Below, piece after piece: positions 29,265 to 37,836 of a stretch of DNA of 64,000 nt. The notes under the pieces are model-generated. The model saw only the letters and a program-made list of their open reading frames with translations, made no database searches and was not told the DNA's origin. The stretch covers positions 64,001 through 128,000 of IMG/VR virus record IMGVR_UViG_3300007511_000004. One strand, written 5' to 3'. The translations under genes and the position numbers were made by a program. Within the stretch, counting starts at the first letter, position 1. Each line of letters begins with the position of its first letter. Source of the DNA: a virus.

Positions 29265-30559
29265 TGTGTGGACTTATTGCAGCAATTGGTTCCGAAATCG
29301 ATGTAGAGGCGTTACTTGAGACCATCGCCCATCGCGGTTTACCCGGATATAAAGGATATGAACGAAATCGGGACGTTCAGCTAGGCCATTATAGTCTACC
29401 CTTCGTCAATCTCGACCCTAACGTTGCCATTCAACCTCGAATGAATAGTAATTCGCTATTTGTTGGAGAAATCTTTAATTATGAAGAATTGGGGTTTGAG
29501 GATGATATTGAGGCAGCTTGGCAAACCTTTTGGATAAAGGGCATCCGAGAGTTTAATAGATTTGATGGCTTCTGGACATATGTCACAGTTATGGATGGGG
29601 CACTGTTCGGGGTAACCGATCATCTTAGCATTAAACCCCTTTATTATCGTACCGATGTAGATGCCATGGCTTCCGAGCCTGAAGTACTACGGGCATTCGG
29701 TCCAGTTACTCGTAATGAATTATTCCATGCCAATACTATGAAGTGGGGATACGATCCAACCGGTGGCACCCCGTGGAATGAGATTCAACAGGTTCCACCC
29801 GGATGTTTTGTATATAAGGGGCAAGTACACAAGTACTGGGATTGGAGGACTATCTCGCACACTAACTTGCGGGCTGATCTAATCGAATCAGTCGAACGAC
29901 GACTTGGCGGCCAACGCGATCTTTCAATCCTACTATCTGGCGGACTTGATTCAACTATCATCTATAAAATAATTACTGAAATCCTCAATCGTGATGTTAC
30001 TGCGATCCATGTGGATAATCAAGAAGAAGACTACGCCCGATTGGTTTCAAATGAGATGATCGAAGTTCGACTTGATGGTATCAGTGATGCAGACAGCGTA
30101 TCGGTTCACCAATCACCCGTGGATCTGGGGAGTACTAAGCCCCAGATCGCCATGGCCCGGAAGTTGAAAGAATTAGCCTTTCATGCAGTATTGACCGGCG
30201 ATGGTGCAGATGAACTTTTCGGGGGTTATCGACGCGCTAAAGAGTATGATAGTCAAGCTTCCGACATTTGGTGCGAGCTACCGTACTATCACCTACCTAA
30301 ATTAGATCGTACAATGATGAAGAGTACTATTGAACTTCGCGCACCATTCCTATCTCCTAAGGTAATCGTCCATGCTCTTAATACCCCCTATGAACAACGT
30401 AATGGTGAAAAGAAAGTACTAAAGGAAGCGTTCAAAGATCTTGTGCCACAGGAAATCTTAGATCGAGATAAACACCCTCTTAAGACCGATCAAATTCGTA
30501 CTGATCCAATGAAACAACGAATTATTAATGAAAAAATCTGGAGAGAATTTAATGGATAA
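29264..30559 (+). CDS. Asparagine-synthetase-B-like glutamine amidotransferase
   Basis: N-terminal MCG, HRG, GEIFNY, LLSGGLDS, LTGDGADELFGGY, ELRAPFL. Confidence 0.9.
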   Translation: MCGLIAAIGSEIDVEALLETIAHRGLPGYKGYERNRDVQLGHYSLPFVNLDPNVAIQPRMNSNSLFVGEIFNYEELGFEDDIEAAWQTFWIKGIREFNRFDGFWTYVTVMDGALFGVTDHLSIKPLYYRTDVDAMASEPEVLRAFGPVTRNELFHANTMKWGYDPTGGTPWNEIQQVPPGCFVYKGQVHKYWDWRTISHTNLRADLIESVERRLGGQRDLSILLSGGLDSTIIYKIITEILNRDVTAIHVDNQEEDYARLVSNEMIEVRLDGISDADSVSVHQSPVDLGSTKPQIAMARKLKELAFHAVLTGDGADELFGGYRRAKEYDSQASDIWCELPYYHLPKLDRTMMKSTIELRAPFLSPKVIVHALNTPYEQRNGEKKVLKEAFKDLVPQEILDRDKHPLKTDQIRTDPMKQRIINEKIWREFNG

Positions 30560-30989
30560 GTGGGATACTCGTTATTTGAAATTGGCGAAGGAAGTCTCTA
30601 CCTGGTCTAAAGATCCTTCGACCCAGATTGGAGCAGTAGCCGTCGGGAATAAGGGCGAAATATTATCGACCGGATATAACGGCTTCCCTCGCCACATTGC
30701 CGATCTTGATGAAAGATATGAAGATAGAGATATCAAATATAAATACATCGTCCATGCAGAGGCTAATTGCATATATAATGCTACATATAATGGGGTATCT
30801 CTAAGAGACAGCACCATGTACGTCTACGGTCTCCCCTGCTGTTCCGAATGTGGAAAGGCCATTATCCAAGTCGGGGTTAAACGAGTGGTCATGCACGGGG
30901 ATCCTAATAATGATAGGTGGCGGGAATCTACGGAACGCACGCTAGGAATGTTTAAAGAAGCACTGATTGAATGGGAGTTTGATAATTGA
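30552..30989 (+). CDS. cd: dCMP deaminase
   Basis: SKDPSTQIGA, TGYNG, HAEAN, PCCSEC. Confidence 0.92.
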   Translation: MDKWDTRYLKLAKEVSTWSKDPSTQIGAVAVGNKGEILSTGYNGFPRHIADLDERYEDRDIKYKYIVHAEANCIYNATYNGVSLRDSTMYVYGLPCCSECGKAIIQVGVKRVVMHGDPNNDRWRESTERTLGMFKEALIEWEFDN

Positions 30990-31828
30990 AACGGATTATT
31001 ATTGTCGGTCACGGCTTTGTTGGGAAGGCAGTAGATTACGGGTTTACGAATCCACAGGTAGAGAAGATCATAATTGATCCGAAATATGGTACAGATCTTT
31101 CCGACCTAAGCAATCTTATTGAAACAGACGCAATATTTGTCTGCTTACCTACCCCCATGGATAAGGATGGATCGATCGATAGCGAAATCCTTGAATCGAC
31201 ATTGACCCGTCTTAAGGGTCGGATCACTGGTCTTGATAGACCTAAGGTAATTGTTAAATCAACCGTGACTCCCGACGTGCTCAAGCGGGTCTACTTCCGA
31301 GGCTTAGTTTATAATCCGGAATTCCTGACGGAGCGATCTGCAAATGAACAATTCATCAATCCTACTATGCACATTTTAGGTGGCAGACGCGAAGATACTG
31401 AAGTGGTAGAGAAGCTAATTAATGAATATTCTCTTTGTAGCCCCGCACCCGTTTACCATATGTCTATGTCAGAGGCGTCATTTGTTAAATATGGCATCAA
31501 CGCCTTCCTTGCACTTAAGGTCCTTTTCTTCAATCAGTTGTATGATGTCGTGAATGACGATGATGATAGTAATTTCGCACGCGTCATAAAAGCCATAGGT
31601 TCTGATCCGCGGATCGGCCACAGTCACACAAAGGTGCCGGGTTTTGATGGTAAACAAGGATTCGGTGGTGCATGTTTTCCCAAGGACATTTCTGCATTAA
31701 ATACCTTCTCAGAGAGGTTTACAATCCTCGAAGAATGTGTTACAATAAACAATAACTATCGTAAGAACTATGTATTAGACGATAGAGAGAAATCACAAAA
31801 TATTTCATACAGGGAAACCAATAAATGA
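30986..31828 (+). CDS. ugd: UDP-glucose 6-dehydrogenase-like
   Basis: GHGFVG, CLPTP, KSTV, NPEFL, GFGGACFPKD. Confidence 0.9.
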   Translation: MKRIIIVGHGFVGKAVDYGFTNPQVEKIIIDPKYGTDLSDLSNLIETDAIFVCLPTPMDKDGSIDSEILESTLTRLKGRITGLDRPKVIVKSTVTPDVLKRVYFRGLVYNPEFLTERSANEQFINPTMHILGGRREDTEVVEKLINEYSLCSPAPVYHMSMSEASFVKYGINAFLALKVLFFNQLYDVVNDDDDSNFARVIKAIGSDPRIGHSHTKVPGFDGKQGFGGACFPKDISALNTFSERFTILEECVTINNNYRKNYVLDDREKSQNISYRETNK

Positions 31829-32736
31829 GTATTATGCAAAAGTTAAAGAAGAATAGTAGAGTTAAGTCCACCTCTATTCTATCCGAATCCAAATTCTTTA
31901 ATGAAAAGGACATGATTACAACTGATGTTCCGATGATCAACGTCGCGTTATCAGGTGCAGTTGATGGTGGCCTATCATCAGGTCTTACGGTCCTTGCTGG
32001 TCCATCTAAGCACTTTAAAACTTCATTTGCTTTGTTAATGGCATCTGCATACCTGAAAAAATACGATGATGCGGTTATCCTATTCTACGATTCAGAATTC
32101 GGTTCGCCCCAATCTTACTTTGAACAGTTTGATATTGATACATCCCGAGTACTCCATACGCCAATTACTAACGTCGAGGAACTCAAATTTGATATGATCC
32201 ATCAGCTCGAAAGTCTCGAGCGAGGGGATAAGGTTGTTGTTGTCATTGACTCGATAGGCAACCTCGCATCTAAGAAGGAACTAGATGATGCTCTGAGTGA
32301 GAAATCAGTAGCAGATATGAGCCGCGCAAAAGCTCTTAAGGGGCTATTCCGAATGGCAACCCCTTATCTAACCATGAAGAACATTCCGATGCTTGCGATT
32401 AACCACACGTATCAAACCCTAGAATTATTTAGCAAAGCGGTAGTATCCGGTGGTTGTGTTGTCGAAGGAACTAAGATTCAAACGCAACGTGGTCTAATTG
32501 AAATTCAAGATGTGCGTGAAGATGACATTATCATTACCCAATACGGCGATAAAGAAGTCAAAGCGTTATGGAATCCAGATACACTTGAAGAAGGCAATCC
32601 TGAGTGTTATGAGATTGAATTTGAAGATGGGTACAAGGTAACCTGTTCAGATAAACACAAGTTCATCGTAAATGGGGAATGGGTTGCTGCTAAAGACTTG
32701 GTAGAAGATATGGATTGTGAAACCTTGAAATCTTAA
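31825..32736 (+). CDS. uvsX: UvsX recombinase N-extein (aa 1-210) fused to the N-half of a split intein (93 aa)
   Basis: AGPSKHFKT, YDSEFG, IDSIGNLAS, ADMSRAK, NHTY, VVSGG then CVVEGTKI (intein block A) and TCSDKHKF (block B), then stop. Confidence 0.93.
   Translation: MSIMQKLKKNSRVKSTSILSESKFFNEKDMITTDVPMINVALSGAVDGGLSSGLTVLAGPSKHFKTSFALLMASAYLKKYDDAVILFYDSEFGSPQSYFEQFDIDTSRVLHTPITNVEELKFDMIHQLESLERGDKVVVVIDSIGNLASKKELDDALSEKSVADMSRAKALKGLFRMATPYLTMKNIPMLAINHTYQTLELFSKAVVSGGCVVEGTKIQTQRGLIEIQDVREDDIIITQYGDKEVKALWNPDTLEEGNPECYEIEFEDGYKVTCSDKHKFIVNGEWVAAKDLVEDMDCETLKS
32455..32736 (+). mobile_element. Split intein, N-fragment (IntN)
   Basis: Starts with Cys right after SGG; block A and block B motifs; ends at a stop codon with no HN terminus. 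Confidence 0.9.
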
Positions 32737-32740
32737 TTTG

Positions 32741-32748
32741 TATAAATA
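32741..32748 (+). promoter_or_regulatory. Late promoter for the homing endonuclease
   Basis: TATAAATA immediately after the IntN stop. Confidence 0.75.
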
Positions 32749-32784
32749 TTATCAGCAGTATAATACATAACCTGAGAGGCTGAT

Positions 32785-33615
32785 ATGAATTACAAATTAC
32801 ATTACGATAGATTAATAAGCAATGCAAGGTTGCGATTAAACGTGGACCAGTATACGGAAAAGCACCATATTATACCTAAGTGTATGGGTGGTGGTGATAC
32901 CCCTGATAATCTGGTTAGATTAACAGCCAAGGAGCATTTCGTTGCACATCACCTACTATGGAAAGAATACCGAACACCTGAATTGGCTCATGCCTGGTTT
33001 ATGATGCTTCGGTGTGACCCTAACCAGAAAAGAGAATTTACAGCCAAACAGCATGAGGCTGCAACAATCGCGCATGTTGAAGTTCTGAGAAAAACTATGG
33101 TTGGTTCGGGTAATCATTTTTATGGAAGAAAGCATACTGAAGCGGCTAAGGCTAAAATCAGTAGAGCCAATACAGGTAAGGCTCATACCCAAGAGTTTAG
33201 AGATGCATACTCCAAGAGATTCAAAGGTATACCTAAGACCCCAGAACATCGAGCTAAGATAGGTCGTACCGGACTTTCTATGTATCAGAACATAGAAACT
33301 GGTGAAATTGTAAGAGTAGCTAAAGGGACCTTAGACGAAACCTTGTGGGTTAACCCTAGGAAATTGAAGCCAGAAGCCCGACGCAAATGCACTTACTGTG
33401 ATTTTATATCCACAGAATCCAATCTAAAGATGTGGCATGATGGTAATTGTCGGTGGAAAGATACTGGAATATATGTTAAGCCATCAAGTATAAGAACCAC
33501 TAATAGGAAACGAATACCAGTTACAATAGACGGAGTACAATACAAATCGATTAACGCGGCCGCGAAGGCATTAGGAGTGAGTAAATATGAAATCAAAAAA
33601 CTGGCTGCCATTTGA
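32785..33615 (+). CDS. HNH homing endonuclease with NUMOD3/NUMOD1-like DNA-binding modules
   Basis: EKHHIIPKCMGG...NLVRLTAKEHFVAH; GNHFYGRKHTEAAKAKIS; IDGVQYKSINAAAKALG. Confidence 0.92.
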   Translation: MNYKLHYDRLISNARLRLNVDQYTEKHHIIPKCMGGGDTPDNLVRLTAKEHFVAHHLLWKEYRTPELAHAWFMMLRCDPNQKREFTAKQHEAATIAHVEVLRKTMVGSGNHFYGRKHTEAAKAKISRANTGKAHTQEFRDAYSKRFKGIPKTPEHRAKIGRTGLSMYQNIETGEIVRVAKGTLDETLWVNPRKLKPEARRKCTYCDFISTESNLKMWHDGNCRWKDTGIYVKPSSIRTTNRKRIPVTIDGVQYKSINAAAKALGVSKYEIKKLAAI

Positions 33616-33763
33616 GTCATTGGATAATGAACAATATATCCGTTACTTAGAACGGGCTGAAATGTTTCATGAAAAAGATTTACATACCGATAAAACTGTG
33701 ATACAATTAGCTAATGTATTATATGAAAAGGAGATGGCTAAAAATGAAAGTAAAATCAATTAA
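33587..33763 (+). CDS. 58-aa hypothetical protein between HNH gene and IntC
   Basis: AGGAG RBS at 33573; MKSKNWLPFESLDNEQYIRYLERAEMFHEKDLHTDKTVIQLANVLYEKEMAKNESKIN*; overlaps both neighbours. Confidence 0.6.
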   Translation: MKSKNWLPFESLDNEQYIRYLERAEMFHEKDLHTDKTVIQLANVLYEKEMAKNESKIN

Positions 33764-33866
33764 TAATGTAGGTCGTAAACCTGTTTACGATCTTTCTGTT
33801 AATAGTAATAATTACGATGAACAGCAATACGTGCTTGAAAATGGTGTAGTAACACATAACACGGGT
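33744..33866 (+). CDS. uvsX: Split intein C-fragment (39 aa) plus the first two C-extein residues TG; exon 1 of uvsX-C
   Basis: AAGGAG RBS; MKVKSINNVGRKPVYDLSVNSNNYDEQQYVLENGVVTHN/TG contains block F (VYDLSV) and block G (THN) with +1 Thr. Confidence 0.92.
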
Positions 33867-34110
33867 AAATAAGTGCCCCTTAATATGGTAACATATTTCG
33901 AAAACTCCTCTAATTGCTGGGAACTCCTACGGGACAATCAGCAGCCAAGACCGAAAGGTAAGGTTCAACGACTAGTCGAAAGACGTACACTCAAGTGAGT
34001 GGAAATGGGGAGCAACCTAATTAGGTTGAAGATATAGTCTGATCTATATGGTAACATATAGCTGGGTAGAGTCCCGGGGTAAGATTAACGACCTTATCTG
34101 AACATAAATG
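33867..34110 (+). mobile_element. Group I intron (IA2-like, ORF-less, 244 nt) in uvsX-C
   Basis: 5' exon ends in U; P1 GGGU/GCCC; P AAUUGCUGGGAA; Q AAUCAGCAGC; R GUUCAACGACUA; S AAGAUAUAGUC; P3 CUCCUC/GGGGAG; P7.1 and P7.2 hairpins; terminal G; removal restores TG-IYYSASNIW. Confidence 0.93.
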
Positions 34111-34524
34111 ATTTACTACTCGGCCTCCAATATCTGGATCCTGGGACGACAGCAAGATAAACAAGGTACTGAAATAAAAGGATATCATTTTGTCATTAAT
34201 GTCGAAAAATCACGATACGTCAAAGAGAAATCAAAGATACCGATCTCAGTTAGTTGGGAAGGTGGGGTTCAGCGTTGGTCTGGTCTCCTTGAAGTTGCTC
34301 TTGCGGGTAATTATGTTGCAAAGCCGTCTAATGGATGGTACCAATATGTTGACCAAGAAACTGGGGAGCTTGTTGGAACAAAATGTCGAGAAAAGGAAAC
34401 GCTCAATGAAAGCTTCTGGACGCCAATCCTAGAAAAGACTGATTTTAAAGAATTCATTCGAAAGCAATATCAGATTGGTCATACAGCAATCGTTGAAATG
34501 GATAAGATTGTGGTAGAGGGATGA
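34111..34524 (+). CDS. uvsX: UvsX C-extein, exon 2 (137 aa)
   Basis: IYYSASNIWILGRQQDK, VEKSRYVKEKSKIP, KPSNGWY. Confidence 0.92.
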   Translation: MYYSASNIWILGRQQDKQGTEIKGYHFVINVEKSRYVKEKSKIPISVSWEGGVQRWSGLLEVALAGNYVAKPSNGWYQYVDQETGELVGTKCREKETLNESFWTPILEKTDFKEFIRKQYQIGHTAIVEMDKIVVEG

Positions 34525-34787
34525 TAGAGAATACCGACTATAGATTAATCCCGGATCAGGGTGATGGAGATGACACTTGGCAGGTCCGAATCATATCTGG
34601 GGATTTTGTAGAGACCGTAATTAAGTATGGGAAATTAGCTCTAAAGGATGACGGTCTTATGACCTTTGACTTTGATGTCGTTGTGTCACCCATCGAGGGA
34701 CTAAATTCTGAAGACGGGGGTTTACAAACGGCGGCAAAAGAGATACTATTATCGATAATGGAAAGAGTATTTGAAGAAAAAGGGTAA
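34521..34787 (+). CDS. gp40: Head vertex assembly chaperone-like
   Basis: Position between uvsX and gp41; ETVIKYGKL...TFDFDV. Confidence 0.6.
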   Translation: MIENTDYRLIPDQGDGDDTWQVRIISGDFVETVIKYGKLALKDDGLMTFDFDVVVSPIEGLNSEDGGLQTAAKEILLSIMERVFEEKG

Positions 34788-34789
34788 CT

Positions 34790-36154
34790 ATGAACATTAA
34801 TCTTGAGCAGACAATCCTCCGGAATTTGCTAGTAAACGAGAAATATACACGTAAGGTTCTCCCTTATATTAGTCCCGAATATTTTGAGGGCACATATAAA
34901 ACACTATATCATGAGGTAGGTAAATTTGTAGCGAAATATAATAAATTACCTACTTTAGAATCATTTAAAATCCAGGTCGACGATGCAAGCATGAGCGATG
35001 AACAATATCGCCATGCGGTAGAGATCCTACCAGCTTTATTTGATAAAGAGGAAGTAGACCAAGAATGGCTTTTAGACACTACTGAAAAATGGTGTCAGGA
35101 TCGCGCGGTATTCAATGCTGTAATGGAGTCAATTACGATCATTGACGGTAAGCACCAAACTCTTACTAAAAATGCTCTTCCAGAAATCCTCAGTAAGGCA
35201 CTGGGCGTATCATTCGACTCTAATGTGGGTCACGATTACCTAGAGAATTGGCTAACTCGATACGATTTCTATCACACCCAAGAATCCCGTATCCCATTTG
35301 ATCTGGATATGTTAAATAAGATTACTAAGGGCGGTTTACCAAATAAAACCCTTAATATAATACTTGCGGGCACTGGAACAGGTAAATCCCTATTCATGTG
35401 TCACCAGGCAGCGGCAGCTCTTTCCGAAGGTTATAACGTACTCTATATTACTATGGAGATGGCAGAAGAACGCATCGCTGAACGCATTGATGCTAATCTA
35501 ATGGATATCCCGATCGATCAGCTTGAAAATATGTCTAAGAATATGTTCTCCGAAAAAGTTGCACATATCTCTAAAAAGACCACGGGTAAATTAATTGTAA
35601 AAGAGTATCCGACTGGACAAGCTAATAGCTCACACTTCCGGGCACTGATAAACGAACTTAAGTTGAAGAAGACGTTTAAACCTAATATCATCTTTATTGA
35701 CTATCTAAATATCTGTGCTTCATCGAGGATGAAGACTATGGGAGGATCCATCAATTCCTATACATACATTAAGGCAATTGCGGAAGAACTACGAGGGTTG
35801 GCGGTTGAATTTGACGTTCCGATCGTATCTGCAACTCAAACGACGCGTTCGGGTTATTCGAATCAGGATATTGGGCTTGAGGATACCTCGGAGTCTTTTG
35901 GACTACCCGCTACAGCAGACCTCATGTTCGCACTCGTCTCAACCGAAGAACTTGAAGCCCAAGGTCAAATAGCGGTCAAACAACTAAAGAATCGATATAA
36001 TGATCCCACTAAGTTCAAACGATTTGTGCTTGGGGTAGATCGGAGTAAGATGAGATTGTATGATGTAGATGTAGATGATCAGGGGTTAGTGGACGATACG
36101 CCAGCCTTCGATAAAAGTGAAATGAATAATCGATTCAAAGATTTTAAACTATAG
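34790..36154 (+). CDS. gp41: Replicative DNA helicase
   Basis: AGTGTGKS, ITMEM, IDYLNIC, SATQTTR, SESFGLPATAD, KNRY. Confidence 0.97.
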   Translation: MNINLEQTILRNLLVNEKYTRKVLPYISPEYFEGTYKTLYHEVGKFVAKYNKLPTLESFKIQVDDASMSDEQYRHAVEILPALFDKEEVDQEWLLDTTEKWCQDRAVFNAVMESITIIDGKHQTLTKNALPEILSKALGVSFDSNVGHDYLENWLTRYDFYHTQESRIPFDLDMLNKITKGGLPNKTLNIILAGTGTGKSLFMCHQAAAALSEGYNVLYITMEMAEERIAERIDANLMDIPIDQLENMSKNMFSEKVAHISKKTTGKLIVKEYPTGQANSSHFRALINELKLKKTFKPNIIFIDYLNICASSRMKTMGGSINSYTYIKAIAEELRGLAVEFDVPIVSATQTTRSGYSNQDIGLEDTSESFGLPATADLMFALVSTEELEAQGQIAVKQLKNRYNDPTKFKRFVLGVDRSKMRLYDVDVDDQGLVDDTPAFDKSEMNNRFKDFKL

Positions 36155-36163
36155 GAGTAAATA

Positions 36164-36394
36164 ATGCAAAATACTAGTAACGCAATCCGTAAACTGGTTC
36201 GACAGGAATATCTGAAATCCCCGGATCGTATCATCAACCAGTTAAAGGCTTCTAGGAAAGGTAAGCGGACCATGGTGACTATTGAGAACCCGAATAAAGA
36301 GGAAACCAACCGCCCCTTTATCCGGATTGAGGGTAAGGCCTGGTTTAAGTCCCAGAAGAAGACCAATCAAATTACTGTAAAGGAGGCAGAATGA
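36164..36394 (+). CDS. Hypothetical protein
   Basis: AGGAG RBS; NPNKEETNRPFIR. Confidence 0.7.
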   Translation: MQNTSNAIRKLVRQEYLKSPDRIINQLKASRKGKRTMVTIENPNKEETNRPFIRIEGKAWFKSQKKTNQITVKEAE

Positions 36395-37062
36395 AAGCGC
36401 GTCTAGTCGGGTATACCCAACCCACCCTAGAATTCGAGAATGAATTTCGGAACGTCCAGGATCTGATCGCTTTCTGTGCACGGGTCTCAAATCCTGCCAA
36501 TCAGTTTAATAATGAGACCGGCAAGAAGCTTATTGAGTATCTGATTAAGCATAAACATTGGTCACCCCTTGAAATGGCGAGTGCAACCCTGGAAGTTGAA
36601 ACCACTCGGGATATTGCTCGACAGCTTATCCGACATAGATCATTTTCGTTTCAGGAGTTCTCACAGCGCTATGCTGATCCGAATGACCTAGAGGAATCAT
36701 TTGTATTGAGGGAAGCGCGACTCCAGGATCCTAAGAATCGTCAAAACTCTATAGATAATGATGATGAGAAATTGCAGAAAGGCTGGCACTTTAAACAACA
36801 GCAGATTATCCATGAATGCAAGTTAGCATACAAATGGGCAATCGAAAATGGTATCGCAAAGGAACAGGCGCGAGCAGTACTTCCGGAAGGCAATACAGTA
36901 TCTAAATTGTATGTCAATGGTACACTCAGATCCTGGGTGCATTATATCGAATTACGGACGGGTAACGGAACGCAAAAAGAGCACATTGAGCTAGCTAGAG
37001 AGTGCGCAATTGCAATCGCCCGCTGTTTCCCTATGGTAGAAGGATTTACAGAGAATGGGTAA
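36391..37062 (+). CDS. thyX: Flavin-dependent thymidylate synthase
   Basis: HWSPLE, RHRSFSFQEFSQRY, EQARAVLP, GTQKEH. Confidence 0.96.
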   Translation: MKARLVGYTQPTLEFENEFRNVQDLIAFCARVSNPANQFNNETGKKLIEYLIKHKHWSPLEMASATLEVETTRDIARQLIRHRSFSFQEFSQRYADPNDLEESFVLREARLQDPKNRQNSIDNDDEKLQKGWHFKQQQIIHECKLAYKWAIENGIAKEQARAVLPEGNTVSKLYVNGTLRSWVHYIELRTGNGTQKEHIELARECAIAIARCFPMVEGFTENG

Positions 37063-37270
37063 AAAACTTTCAACTTACTACGCCGAACCAAACCCTCCAG
37101 ATAATGGTTGTGCGGAGGTTCATGTTGATTTCCGACATGAGAGCCTTTATATTAAATATTATGATGATCAGGGGAAGCTATTTTTCACTGAAGAATTCCC
37201 GGGTAAATCTCTTAGGTATGTAGAAGATGCAGCAGAAAATTGGGCATTAGGGATAAAAAAGTTGGATTAG
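37055..37270 (+). CDS. Hypothetical protein
   Basis: Overlaps thyX stop; KSLRYVEDAAENWALG. Confidence 0.7.
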   Translation: MGKKLSTYYAEPNPPDNGCAEVHVDFRHESLYIKYYDDQGKLFFTEEFPGKSLRYVEDAAENWALGIKKLD

Positions 37271-37274
37271 GGGG

Positions 37275-37303
37275 TTTACAAACAATTCGTAAGATGGTAT
37301 AGT
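37275..37303 (+). promoter_or_regulatory. Early promoter
   Basis: GGGGGTTTACA-17 nt-TATAGT. Confidence 0.7.
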
Positions 37304-37335
37304 AATTCATAATCAATAATCAATGAGGCAGGATT

Positions 37336-37818
37336 ATGAAGATAGATTTACGGAACGTGGTATCCTTTGCTCTTACTGGTACAGTAGTAGCTCTAGGATC
37401 CCTTGCCGCCCAAGATAGAATGGCTTCGGCCGCCACTGAAAGAAATTGTTTGGCTATGAACGTCTATCACGAAGCACGTGGTGAAAGCGTGATTGGTCAG
37501 ATTGCCGTAGCCCAAGTGGTTATGAATCGGGTGGATCACAATTATTTTCCTGATACAGTATGTGATGTAGTTTATCAAGATCATCAATTCTCTTGGACTC
37601 AGGATAATATTAGCGATACTACTAGTGATACTTTTGCTTGGAATCTTGCCAAGGATATTGCTATTACCGTATACGCGCGAGAAGAGGATGATCCTACATC
37701 CGGCGCCCTTTTCTACCATGCGGATTATATTGATACCCCACACTGGGCTAAACAAATGGAAACCACACTCCGTGAAGAGACTCATATCTTCTATTCATGG
37801 GATGGGGTTTGGGATTAA
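37336..37818 (+). CDS. SleB-like cell wall hydrolase (Hydrolase_2)
   Basis: N-terminal hydrophobic segment, CLAMNVYHEARGE, VVMNRV, QFSW, GALFYH, HIFY. Confidence 0.9.
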   Translation: MKIDLRNVVSFALTGTVVALGSLAAQDRMASAATERNCLAMNVYHEARGESVIGQIAVAQVVMNRVDHNYFPDTVCDVVYQDHQFSWTQDNISDTTSDTFAWNLAKDIAITVYAREEDDPTSGALFYHADYIDTPHWAKQMETTLREETHIFYSWDGVWD

Positions 37819-37836
37819 AATTAATAAGGACATAAA

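Noticed and set aside
32455-33860. A contiguous intein broken by sequencing frameshifts, or a uvsX pseudogene
   Set aside because: IntN ends cleanly, the HNH gene has its own late promoter and RBS, and IntC has its own RBS and ATG with intact catalytic residues
34108-34524. ORF-track gene starting at ATG 34108 as an independent protein
   Set aside because: The ATG is the last three intron bases (terminal G at 34110) and has no RBS; the frame is exon 2 of uvsX-C
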